Assembly (NCBI GenBank): GCA_021807595.1
Contig: JAKBCS010000002.1
Location: forward strand, 2,178 to 66,177
From: Planctomycetota bacterium
GTDB lineage: Bacteria > Planctomycetota > Planctomycetia > Gemmatales > Gemmataceae
DNA: 64,000 nt
Direction of reading: 5' to 3'
This document shows, piece after piece, positions 1 through 8,206 of the stretch. The notes beneath the pieces were generated by a model. That model made no database searches and was not told the DNA's origin. It saw nothing but the letters and a program-made list of their open reading frames with translations. Positions within the stretch are counted from its first letter, which is position 1. Every line of letters begins with the position of its first letter. Both the position numbers and the translations under genes were made by a program.

Positions 1-69
1 CACCCAGAGTGCGCGGTCGAAGATCCACGGCGAACTCCCTCGGTCCTGCCCCTTCCAAGCGAAAGGGGC

Positions 70-327
70 TTACGGCGCGATCTTACCACCCACAAGCCAA
101 CACAAAGCGAACAACAACAGCCAAGCGACGCTCAAGATAATCCCCGCAACGACCGCGGAGCTTCGGCGATTGGGGCGCTTCTCGCCGCTGCCGGCAAGCG
201 TTCTGAGACAGGCGTGACAATGGTTGATCCCGTCGATACGCGTGCAACACGAAGGACAAACCACCGCCCGGCAACGCATGCAGATGCCGACGCCCGGACG
301 ATCGGGATGGAATTGACACTTTCGCAT
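70..327 (-). CDS. small membrane-anchored B-box-like zinc-finger protein (hypothetical)
   Basis: 85-aa ORF starting at an ATG. Its N-terminus carries a Cys/His array (C-x2-H-x8-C-x2-C-x4-C-x2-CC-x7-HCH-x-C) followed by one hydrophobic helix (VVAGIILSVAWLLLFALCWLV). It starts 9 nt after the stop of the upstream ORF, so the two are probably co-transcribed. Confidence 0.55.
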   Translation of the reverse strand: MRKCQFHPDRPGVGICMRCRAVVCPSCCTRIDGINHCHACLRTLAGSGEKRPNRRSSAVVAGIILSVAWLLLFALCWLVGGKIAP

Positions 328-336
328 GGCCGACCA

Positions 337-1260
337 TCACCTCAAGATACGAAAGCTGTCCAAAGCAATCCTGAACTCGTCGCGGATTGCCTGGAAGCGG
401 TTCCGGGGCGCGTAGGCGCGAACGACGTAGATGTCTCCTTGTTTGCGCCGGTAAGTGCGGATGAGGAACATCCACTTTTTGCCTCCGCAACGTATCTCGA
501 CTTCCATTTCGCGCCCTTCCATGCCGTCCTTGATTTCCAACCTCCGACCGTCGATTCGTTTCGCGGTCAGAGGCGGAGCGAAATCGAGATCGTCCTCCTC
601 GCCGAAATGCCCCGCCTGAGGGGGCGCATTGATCTCGCCGAGCAATTCCAATTCGCATTGATCGAGCGTGGGAAATCGACCGGCTTTGAGCGTTCGCACA
701 TCAATGTAGGCGTGGCGACTGACCTGCATTAACAACAAGTCGAGATCGTTTTGGAGCGACGCCACGGCTTCGTCGTCGCTGCGATCGCCTTGGACGCGGC
801 CCCATTTCTCGTCGGGGCGAGTGAGGGCAAATCGCTTGCCTCCCTCGACAATTTCCATCGGTCCACTGGTATCGACCTTCGCCGTCATGGCGCGCTTGCG
901 CAACCATGTCTCCAGGCCGAACAGATCGTTGACGTTTAACACCACGAAGCTCAGCACGGCGAACAACAGTCCCAAACAAATGCCGATCACGGCGAAGCCC
1001 GATCCGGCAAGGGTTTGTCGATTGCGCGAGATAACGACCAAGGCAACGACGCCGGCAATGATCGCGGCGATAGGTCCGACCAACGTAAACGCGCCAATCA
1101 GCGCAAACAGAACGCTGGCCAACGCCCAGGCACTGGTGACTTGCGGCGGGCGATCGCTGGACGGCGCGCGCAACGGCTGCTGGCATTCCGGACAGAGAAC
1201 CTCTTGCCCGGCCAGCGAATCGTCCACTTCGAAGCGTGTTCCACAGGCACAAGTCAGCAT
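337..1260 (-). CDS. zinc-ribbon membrane protein with an uncharacterised C-terminal domain (hypothetical)
   Basis: 307-aa ORF. It has an N-terminal CxC...CPEC zinc ribbon, two hydrophobic helices (WALASVLFALIGAFTLVGPIAAIIAGVVALVVI and FAVIGICLGLLFAVLSFVVL), then about 190 aa of soluble sequence that I do not recognise. Confidence 0.6.
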   Translation of the reverse strand: MLTCACGTRFEVDDSLAGQEVLCPECQQPLRAPSSDRPPQVTSAWALASVLFALIGAFTLVGPIAAIIAGVVALVVISRNRQTLAGSGFAVIGICLGLLFAVLSFVVLNVNDLFGLETWLRKRAMTAKVDTSGPMEIVEGGKRFALTRPDEKWGRVQGDRSDDEAVASLQNDLDLLLMQVSRHAYIDVRTLKAGRFPTLDQCELELLGEINAPPQAGHFGEEDDLDFAPPLTAKRIDGRRLEIKDGMEGREMEVEIRCGGKKWMFLIRTYRRKQGDIYVVRAYAPRNRFQAIRDEFRIALDSFRILR

Positions 1261-1271
1261 GTTTTCTCTCG

Positions 1272-1305
1272 TCGGCTCTCTTCTCGGCTATCGGCTGTCG
1301 GCTGT
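1272..1305 (-). repeat. leader motif copy (3 x NNAGCCG heptamers + AGAAG + AGAGCCGA), 11 nt upstream of the ATG at 1260
   Basis: The minus-sense sequence reads ACAGCCG ACAGCCG ATAGCCG AGAAG AGAGCCGA. It matches the copy at 1425..1458 at 29 of 34 positions as an inverted repeat. Confidence 0.75.
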
Positions 1306-1424
1306 CGGTTGTCTTTTATCTAATGTAGAGCGGGTTTGCGTGTGAGAATGTCGTTTGACATCGAAGTTTATATTTTATGCAGCAGTACGATTTCGGCCAT
1401 CGGTCGGTACCCGCGTCTCAACAA

Positions 1425-1458
1425 CTAGCCGATAGCCGATGGCCGAGAAGATAGCCGA
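1425..1458 (+). repeat. leader motif copy (3 x NNAGCCG heptamers + AGAAG + ATAGCCGA), 12 nt upstream of the icd ATG
   Basis: The plus-sense sequence reads CTAGCCG ATAGCCG ATGGCCG AGAAG ATAGCCGA, followed by aAGGAAactctc and the ATG at 1471. Confidence 0.75.
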
Positions 1459-1470
1459 AAGGAAACTCTC

Positions 1471-2841
1471 ATGACGGTTCCCACCTACGAAAAGCTAACT
1501 CCACCTCGCCAGGGTACTCGCGTCACCGTGGACGCCAACGGCCGTTGGCATATTCCCGATGATCCCATCGTTTGCTTGCTGCGAGGCGACGGCATCGGCC
1601 GCGATGTCGGCGAGGTACCGGGCATCACGACTTGTGCCGCGCGCGTTCTCGATGCCGCCGTCGAGAAGGCCTACGGGGGCAAACGACGCATTCACTGGTT
1701 CGACATCCACGCCGGCGACGTGGCCCGCGAGATGTACTTCCCCAACGTGAAGGACGAGGAAGTCAACACGCTCAGCGAAGACCAACAGCGGCAACTTTAT
1801 CTGCCCGACGATACTCTGAAGGCTTTCGAGTATTACAGCATCGGCTTGAAAGGCCCCTTGACCACGCCCATCGGCGGCGGCTTCCGCAGTATCAACGTCT
1901 ATCTGCGCATCCGTTTCGACCTTTACGCCTGCGTGCGTCCGGTTCGCTATTTCAAGGGCGTGGAAGCGCCCAACAAACGGGCCAACAAGGTCAACATGGT
2001 TATCTTCCGCGAGAACACCGAAGACGTGTATTGCGGCATCGAGTTCAAGAGCGGCACCGAGAGGGCAAAACGCTTCATCGACCTGCTTAGGGAAATGGGC
2101 TATGCCAATGTTCTGCCCAGCTCCGGCATCGGCATCAAACCGATGAGTCCCGAAGGCAGCAAGCGACTCATCCGCATGGCTATTCGCTATGCCATCGACA
2201 AGAAATTGCCCAGCGTGACCATGATGCACAAGGGCAACATTATGAAGTTTACCGAGGGCGCATTCAAGGACTGGGGCTACGAATTGGCTCGACAAGAGTT
2301 TGCGGCCCAGACGATCAGCGAAGACGAGGTGTACAAGGGTGGCGATGCCAAGGGAAAAGTGATTGTGAAGGACCGCATCGCCGACAGCATGTTTCAGCAA
2401 GTCCAACTGCGCCCCGAGGAATACAGCGTGATTGCGACGCCGAACCTCAACGGCGATTATCTCTCCGACGCGGCGGCGGCGTTGGTCGGCGGGATCGGCT
2501 TGGCAGCGGGTGCCAATATCGGCGACCGCGCGGCCATGTTCGAAGCCACGCACGGCACCGCCCCCAAATACACCGGCAAAAACATGGCCAATCCCGGCGC
2601 GGTCCTCCTCTCCGGCGTCCTGTTATTCGAGCATCTGGGCTGGAGCGAAGCGGCGAATTTGGTGAATCACGCCGTCGAAGCCACGTTTGCCGAAAGCGAG
2701 GAGATCGCTCAGAAGGGACCGAGCGGCAAGTTGTTTGTCACCTACGACATCGCTCGACAGTTCCCCGGATACGGCGAGAAGGCCGGCGTCTCTAGCTCGG
2801 CCTTCAGCGAACGCATCATTCACCATCTGCGCGGCGGCTAA
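1471..2841 (+). CDS. icd: NADP-dependent isocitrate dehydrogenase (prokaryotic homodimeric type)
   Basis: 456-aa ORF that looks collinear with E. coli Icd as I recall it: LRGDGIGRDV, SINVYLRIRFDLYACVRPVRYF, ATPNLNGDYLSDAAAALVGGIG and EATHGTAPKYTGK. Confidence 0.95.
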   Translation: MTVPTYEKLTPPRQGTRVTVDANGRWHIPDDPIVCLLRGDGIGRDVGEVPGITTCAARVLDAAVEKAYGGKRRIHWFDIHAGDVAREMYFPNVKDEEVNTLSEDQQRQLYLPDDTLKAFEYYSIGLKGPLTTPIGGGFRSINVYLRIRFDLYACVRPVRYFKGVEAPNKRANKVNMVIFRENTEDVYCGIEFKSGTERAKRFIDLLREMGYANVLPSSGIGIKPMSPEGSKRLIRMAIRYAIDKKLPSVTMMHKGNIMKFTEGAFKDWGYELARQEFAAQTISEDEVYKGGDAKGKVIVKDRIADSMFQQVQLRPEEYSVIATPNLNGDYLSDAAAALVGGIGLAAGANIGDRAAMFEATHGTAPKYTGKNMANPGAVLLSGVLLFEHLGWSEAANLVNHAVEATFAESEEIAQKGPSGKLFVTYDIARQFPGYGEKAGVSSSAFSERIIHHLRGG

Positions 2842-2912
2842 ATCGAGAGTACGCAACGCGCGGCAAGGCGGGTCGCGCGAGGCGAGATCCACGCAGGCCA
2901 ATCCGATTGGAT

Positions 2913-5399
2913 CTACGGTCGAGGTTCGGGGGTGACGGCAGGCTCGAGTTCTTCGCGAAACTGCGGCTCGTCGCGGCGTCGATTGATGATGCGCGGCTGG
3001 TCGTCGATCCTCTCGCGCGATTTGTCCGGCTGCTGGGCCGCGACCAGTTTGAGCCAAGCCGTCCACTGCTGCCGTTCCGCCTCGGTCAAGCCCTCGGTCT
3101 TGGCCAACAATTGGCGAATCTCTTCCGCACGCTTCACCAATTGCTTGACATCCTCCATGGCGTAGTAGCAGCGGATCGAATCGCTCAACGCGCGCAGGGC
3201 AAGGATTCCCTCACCCTGTTTTTCGGCCAACGCCTCGTATTTGCGCAGTGCTTTTTCATACTCGCCGAGGTTGAAATAGCACTCGGCCACCCGGAAGGGC
3301 ACATCGACTTGCTGCTTAACGCTCAGCAGCGAGGCCTTGTCGGCGTCGGCGATCTGCGCCTCCACTTTGGCGAACTCCTCGGCGGCCCGACTCCACGAAG
3401 CTCGATTGACTTGAAGATAGTGGTCCTGGGCTTCGGGATTCATCTTCTCGGCGACCGTGCGATTGACTTGATTCTGGGCGGCGAGCAGGCGATGGGAGTC
3501 GGCCAGTTGGAAGCGTGCCCGCACCGTTTCCGGCGAGACAGCCAACTGGTCGAGGTGCCCCTCTAAATACTGGACGACGCGGCGATAATTGGGAGGAAAC
3601 GCCGCCGCGCTCTGGTAGAGCAACGCGCACAGGGCCAAGCGCGATTTCTCTTGGGCTTCGGCATCGGGCGTGCCGATCTCCAACAATAGGTTCTGCTCCA
3701 AGAGTTTGCCTGCGCCGTCGATGTCGCGGGCATCGATCGCCAGCATCGCCAATTCGTAGCGCGCCCGATAGGTATAAGCTCCACCCAGTTCGGCGCACGC
3801 TTTGTAGGCGGTCTCGGCGGATGGAACGTCATTCAGCTGGCGGCAGGTTTGGCCGAGAAGAAACCATGCTTCACTTTGACGGTCTACATTGTCCTTTACC
3901 CCCTCGACGATCGCCTTTAGTTTTGCGGCGGCGCGAGGATAGTCGTGCCCTTCGTGAGAGCAGACGGCGCTAAGCCATTCTTGATCGGCGCGCTTGTCCT
4001 TGTCGGCGAGCAGCTTGGCGGCTTCGGTATGTGCCTCGGCCGCATGGCGCATCAATTCTTCGGCGTTGGTTTCGTCCTTCTTCTTGGCCGACTCGTCCTT
4101 CAGGGTCGTCGCCCGCGCTCGGAGCGAACGCGCCCATTCGGCATTCAACTCGGCGCGGCGCAGCGGACCTTGAGGCGGCCGGGCGACGCGCTCGTACAAC
4201 TCGGCGGTCTGCACGGCCAAATCGAAGCGATGGAGCTTTTGATACGCCGCCATCGCCCGCTCGAACAATCCGCGCACATTGGCGATGTCCACGAGGGTAT
4301 TCTTCCAGTCGTCGGCTTTGCGGACGTTGGCGACCGATTCGGCAAGCAAAGCGACGCATTTTTCCGGATCGGTCTCCTTGAGGCGCAGTTCGGCCAGCGC
4401 CAATGCCGCCGCCTGTGCCTCCTCTCCGTGGGAACGGCGCAGACACTCGGTCCACGTCTCGTTGGCAGGTCCGGTTCGATCGAGGCGACTGTAGCAATAG
4501 CCGAGGTTATAGAGGACGCTACCGGCTTCGTTGAGAGGCGCGCGTTTCTCGTCGAGTACCGCGCGCCACAGTGTTGCCGCTTCCGCCCATTTATGCTCCT
4601 CTTGATAGAGACCTGCCAGGAGCATGTTCTTCTCGGCCAGGGTTACGGGCGGTGCCTGGTCGCGGATTTTCTCCAGTGTCTTGCGCGCTTCCTCGCGTTG
4701 ATTGAGTTGCAGCAACAGTTTCGCTCCGGCGAGCTTCGCGGGTCCGAGAACCTCCTCGCCCACTTGCGGAACTTCGCGCAGTTTTTTGTTCGTCTCCAAC
4801 GCTTTGATAAAATTGGGCGGATCGATGTGGAGATAGGCTTGCGTCAGCAACTTCAGCGCTTCGGCAGGATCGTCGGCGGCATCGAGATTGTCTTTCATTC
4901 GCTCCACGACCTGAGCCGGGTTGTCGCCCAGGTGATAGGCCACCTTGGCGAGACGATAGCGCTGCCGGTTCAGATCGTCGCCGGCCAAGCCGCGCTGCTC
5001 GGCTTCTTGCAATGCCTGTCGCGCCTCGCGCCAATGTTCGATAGCCACCGGCCCACCCTCTCGTTCGGCCATGCGAATGTGCGCCGAACCGAGAAGGAAG
5101 AACGCCTCCGGAGCGCGAACCGGATCGTACATGAGATTCTCGACGGCTTGCTGCGCGCGATGCAGCGTGTCTTCCGCATCGGAGTCGCGCTCGTTCAGCA
5201 AGCGCCGCGCTTCGGAGAGTTGGTGGTGCAGCTTTCGCACCGGATCGGGAGCAACCAACCCGCGCGTCAGGATAACGGTGACGACGGCCGCCACACCGAC
5301 GAAAAACACCGGCACTTGCCACATGGCACGCAGCGACAAGCCCGGCGAGCGATCGGCGCGAGCATTGGACGGTGCTGTGGGAGTGGGAATCGGCTCCAT
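2913..5399 (-). CDS. membrane-anchored TPR-repeat protein
   Basis: 828-aa ORF with one N-terminal TM helix (VPVFFVGVAAVVTVILT). The rest is helical repeat sequence with TPR-like periodic A/Y/L patterns throughout. Confidence 0.8.
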   Translation of the reverse strand: MEPIPTPTAPSNARADRSPGLSLRAMWQVPVFFVGVAAVVTVILTRGLVAPDPVRKLHHQLSEARRLLNERDSDAEDTLHRAQQAVENLMYDPVRAPEAFFLLGSAHIRMAEREGGPVAIEHWREARQALQEAEQRGLAGDDLNRQRYRLAKVAYHLGDNPAQVVERMKDNLDAADDPAEALKLLTQAYLHIDPPNFIKALETNKKLREVPQVGEEVLGPAKLAGAKLLLQLNQREEARKTLEKIRDQAPPVTLAEKNMLLAGLYQEEHKWAEAATLWRAVLDEKRAPLNEAGSVLYNLGYCYSRLDRTGPANETWTECLRRSHGEEAQAAALALAELRLKETDPEKCVALLAESVANVRKADDWKNTLVDIANVRGLFERAMAAYQKLHRFDLAVQTAELYERVARPPQGPLRRAELNAEWARSLRARATTLKDESAKKKDETNAEELMRHAAEAHTEAAKLLADKDKRADQEWLSAVCSHEGHDYPRAAAKLKAIVEGVKDNVDRQSEAWFLLGQTCRQLNDVPSAETAYKACAELGGAYTYRARYELAMLAIDARDIDGAGKLLEQNLLLEIGTPDAEAQEKSRLALCALLYQSAAAFPPNYRRVVQYLEGHLDQLAVSPETVRARFQLADSHRLLAAQNQVNRTVAEKMNPEAQDHYLQVNRASWSRAAEEFAKVEAQIADADKASLLSVKQQVDVPFRVAECYFNLGEYEKALRKYEALAEKQGEGILALRALSDSIRCYYAMEDVKQLVKRAEEIRQLLAKTEGLTEAERQQWTAWLKLVAAQQPDKSRERIDDQPRIINRRRDEPQFREELEPAVTPEPRP

Positions 5400-5646
5400 G
5401 CATTCACCAGGCTAAAGGCGACCATACTCCGCGATCGGTGCCCATACCAATCGCTGCCCGGCATCCTTGCCGCAGCGCGGGACTTGTCACAAATCCGCGT
5501 CGGCCTGTCAAGTGCAAGAGCCGACGCCGCTCGCCCGCGCACGTCTTCGCATTTCACAAGCCACCCGCCGCTTGCCGAGTCCCACCCAAGAGCGTAATCT
5601 ACCCATCGTTCTGAGACGCCTTGTCTTTCTGATTTTCGGATCGTTC

Positions 5647-6510
5647 ATGCGTATCGCCGTTCTATCCGCCGGTGCGGGCTGGCACGTCCGCGACTTACAG
5701 CGCGCTGCGGAGCGACGGCGTCTGGAAGCCCACCCCGTCGATTTTCGTCGCGCGTCCGCCGGCGTCGCCTGGGAACCGGATGCGTTGTCCGACTTCGACG
5801 CCGTCGTCGTTCGCACCATGCCGCCCGGTTCGTTGGAGCAAGTCGTTTTTCGCATGGATCTGTTGCATCGCGCGCAGGCGCGCGGCACGCTCGTCTTGAA
5901 TCCGCCTCACGCCGTCGAAACCTGCGTCGATAAATATCTGGCGACGGCGAAGCTCGACGCCGCCGGTCTAAAAGTCCCACCGACGATGGTATGCCAGCAC
6001 GCCGACGCTGCCTTGGAAGCGTTCGCGGCTCTGGGCGGCGATGTCGTGGTAAAGCCGCTGTTCGGCTCCGAGGGGCGCGGCATGGTCAGAATCTGCGATC
6101 CGGAGATGGCTTGGCGCGTCTTCCGCGCGCTGGAACGCACTCAGTGCATCTTATATTTGCAACGGTTTATCCATCATCCAGGTTGGGACGCGCGGGCGTT
6201 CGTGCTGGGAGGGCGCGTATTGACGGCGATGCGTCGCCACGGCAACGGCGATTGGCGAACCAACGTGGCTCAGGGAGGACGCGGCGAACCGATGCGATTG
6301 GGCGAGCGCGAGGAACATCTCGCCCTGCGCGCCGCCGCCGCGCTGGGGGCGGAAATCGCGGGAGTCGATCTCTTGCCCGGACCCGAGGGCGAATGGTACG
6401 TCCTCGAAGTGAACGCGGTCCCCGGCTGGCGCGCCCTCGCTCCGGTTACAGGAATCGATGTGGCCGACGCCGTACTCGAATATCTCCTCCACGAGGCGCG
6501 CGCGCGGTGA
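5647..6510 (+). CDS. ATP-grasp ligase, RimK family (H4MPT/F420-type alpha-L-glutamate ligase-like, 'orf5'-type)
   Basis: An internal ATG at 5647 gives MRIAVLSAG... The ATP-grasp core is present (VVKPLFGSEGRGM, WRTNVAQGG, AGVDLL...VLEVNAVPGW). The longer ORF from 5467 adds only Arg/Pro-rich sequence that looks non-coding. Confidence 0.8.
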   Translation: MRIAVLSAGAGWHVRDLQRAAERRRLEAHPVDFRRASAGVAWEPDALSDFDAVVVRTMPPGSLEQVVFRMDLLHRAQARGTLVLNPPHAVETCVDKYLATAKLDAAGLKVPPTMVCQHADAALEAFAALGGDVVVKPLFGSEGRGMVRICDPEMAWRVFRALERTQCILYLQRFIHHPGWDARAFVLGGRVLTAMRRHGNGDWRTNVAQGGRGEPMRLGEREEHLALRAAAALGAEIAGVDLLPGPEGEWYVLEVNAVPGWRALAPVTGIDVADAVLEYLLHEARAR

Positions 6511-6515
6511 CGGCG

Positions 6516-7346
6516 ATGCCCGATATCGGCCTGTGCGCTCAGATTGCCTGTATCTGGGAGGTGACGGCGCGAAAACCGGGCAACGTCCATCGTTTCCGCG
6601 ACTTCGACGATAGCTCTTATCTCGATTTTCTCCTCAGCGCTGCCGCCATCGCGCCGATTTTGGCAAAGGCGTCTCAACGGCGCGTTGGCCTCACCGTCCG
6701 CGATGCCGTGCGCGCAACGCGCCAAGTGACGAACGCGAATACGAATCTCGGCATCGTGCTGTTGCTGGCTCCCTTGGCAACTGTGCCCCAGCATGAACCC
6801 TTGCGAACGGGAGTCGAGAGCGTTCTCGCCGACTTGGATATCGAGGACTCCCGGCTCGTCTTCGAGGCGATCCGTCTGGCTTCACCCGGCGGATTGGGCC
6901 GCGCCGAGGAGCAAGATGTCCGCGACGAACCAACGTTAGACTTGCGACAAGTCATGTCCCTCGCCGCCGAGCGCGATCTCATCGCTCGACAATACGCCAA
7001 CGGATTCGTCGAGGTTTTCGACGATGGCGTGCCTGTCTTGAGGGAGATATTGCGACAAACAGGATCTCTTGAAGAGTCCATTGTCCGCGCCCAGTTGGAC
7101 TTGATGGGCAAGCATCTCGACACGCTCATCGCTCGCAAACGAGGCCGAGCGGAAGCGGAGGAGGCGGTACGACGAGCCAGGGCCGTACTCGAAGCGGGGA
7201 TGGATGCTCTGCCGGAATTTGATGCCTGGCTGCGGAGCGAGGGAAACGAACGCAATCCGGGTGCGACGGCGGATATCGTCGCGGCCAGTTTATTCGTGTG
7301 CCTCCGCGAGCAGTGGATCGATTTGCCCCTCGGACGCGCGTTTTAA
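6516..7346 (+). CDS. triphosphoribosyl-dephospho-CoA synthase (CitG/MdcB) family protein, 'orf7'-type
   Basis: The ATG at 6516 lies 5 nt after the ATP-grasp stop. The N-terminus (ACIWEVTARKPGNVHRF..DSSYLDFLLSA, NTNLGIVLLLAPLA) is typical of the CitG family. Confidence 0.75.
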   Translation: MPDIGLCAQIACIWEVTARKPGNVHRFRDFDDSSYLDFLLSAAAIAPILAKASQRRVGLTVRDAVRATRQVTNANTNLGIVLLLAPLATVPQHEPLRTGVESVLADLDIEDSRLVFEAIRLASPGGLGRAEEQDVRDEPTLDLRQVMSLAAERDLIARQYANGFVEVFDDGVPVLREILRQTGSLEESIVRAQLDLMGKHLDTLIARKRGRAEAEEAVRRARAVLEAGMDALPEFDAWLRSEGNERNPGATADIVAASLFVCLREQWIDLPLGRAF

Positions 7347-7351
7347 CCGGC

Positions 7352-7398
7352 TCGAAGCTCTAGCGAGGGTTTCCATTTCTCCCTCGCTGGAGCTTCGA
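7352..7398. terminator. bidirectional hairpin between convergent genes
   Basis: TCGAAGCTCTAGCGAGGG, an 11-nt loop, then CCCTCGCTGGAGCTTCGA. 17 of 18 positions pair. Confidence 0.5.
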
Positions 7399-7413
7399 TG
7401 TGGTTCGACTCGT

Positions 7414-7821
7414 TTATCCATGCACCCACACTTTACCGCCGTGTAGGAAGCGAATGACGACATCGCGTTGACACTTGTAATCGAAAACGATCTTGTGTCC
7501 GTTGTAGCGCACTCCGCGAATGCAGCCCGGCGGCAGCGTGAAGCACACCTTGACCGGACAACACGTCTTGGGATGCAGCAATAGCACCTCGTACTTTCCT
7601 GGCATCGGTTTGAACGAAGCGACGAATTCGTCCACCGTCAAGGGGCGGACGGGAATCGCAGTCGGCGGCGCAAGCGTTTGCGGCGGTAGCACGGGAACGG
7701 CCTGTGGCGGCAGCGGGCCATTGGGCGCGATCGGTGCAGGAGCAAACTGCGCCGAGGCGAACGAAGCCGCGCCGGTCAGGAAAACGATCGACAGGACACT
7801 GCGAAGTAAAGAAAGTGGCAC
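7414..7821 (-). CDS. secreted hypothetical protein (Cys-rich C-terminal domain)
   Basis: 135-aa ORF with a GTG start. It has a signal peptide (LSLLRSVLSIVFLTGAASFASAQ), a Pro-rich linker and a C-terminal domain with 5 Cys. Confidence 0.55.
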   Translation of the reverse strand: MPLSLLRSVLSIVFLTGAASFASAQFAPAPIAPNGPLPPQAVPVLPPQTLAPPTAIPVRPLTVDEFVASFKPMPGKYEVLLLHPKTCCPVKVCFTLPPGCIRGVRYNGHKIVFDYKCQRDVVIRFLHGGKVWVHG

Positions 7822-8206
7822 GTTCGTTCCTTTCGTTAAAGAACCTATCGCTGGAACTCGATTGCGGAAGGCGAAGGCAGCCGAGTCTCCTCAACCGCGC
7901 CGCATAACCCTCCCAATCCATTATGTCATACGAGTGGGCTTATCTCAAACCACTCTCGCGTCGAGATGCTCCAGCGCGTACAGGATCATTGTACGGAGCG
8001 AGCGCGGAAAGATCCGATTTCTCATCCTGTGCCGTTTGGGCGCGGGGCATTACAACGCGCGCGGGTCCATCGTCTTCGCACGGCCTCGCCAAGTTTCCAT
8101 TCATCGGGAAGAGTTGATGGTGCATAGAATGATGGAGAGGGGGATGGTGAACAGTGGAGTCCACCGTCGGCGAACGGTTTCCTCAAGCACAACGCGGAAG
8201 GCAATC

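Noticed and set aside
1355-1383. Sigma-70 style promoter (TTGACA at 1355..1360 and a TATATTTTAT region) for icd
   Set aside because: No hexamer resembling TATAAT sits at 16-18 nt spacing from the TTGACA, and planctomycete promoter consensus is not established. I mention it only as context in the motif finding.
1495-2553. 352-aa ORF antisense to icd
   Set aside because: It lies wholly inside and opposite a strongly supported gene. Its composition (Arg/Ala/Gly/His-rich, no recognisable motifs) is typical of spurious antisense ORFs in high-GC DNA.
3945-5597. 550-aa ORF antisense to the TPR gene
   Set aside because: It is opposite a continuous 828-aa TPR protein, and its product is low-complexity and Arg/Leu/Gly-rich. 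It is a GC-driven open frame.
5991-6515. 175-codon N-terminal extension of the CitG-like ORF, overlapping the ATP-grasp gene
   Set aside because: The extension is Arg/Gly-rich and out of frame with the real ATP-grasp gene. The family-typical N-terminus begins at the ATG at 6516, right after the upstream stop.
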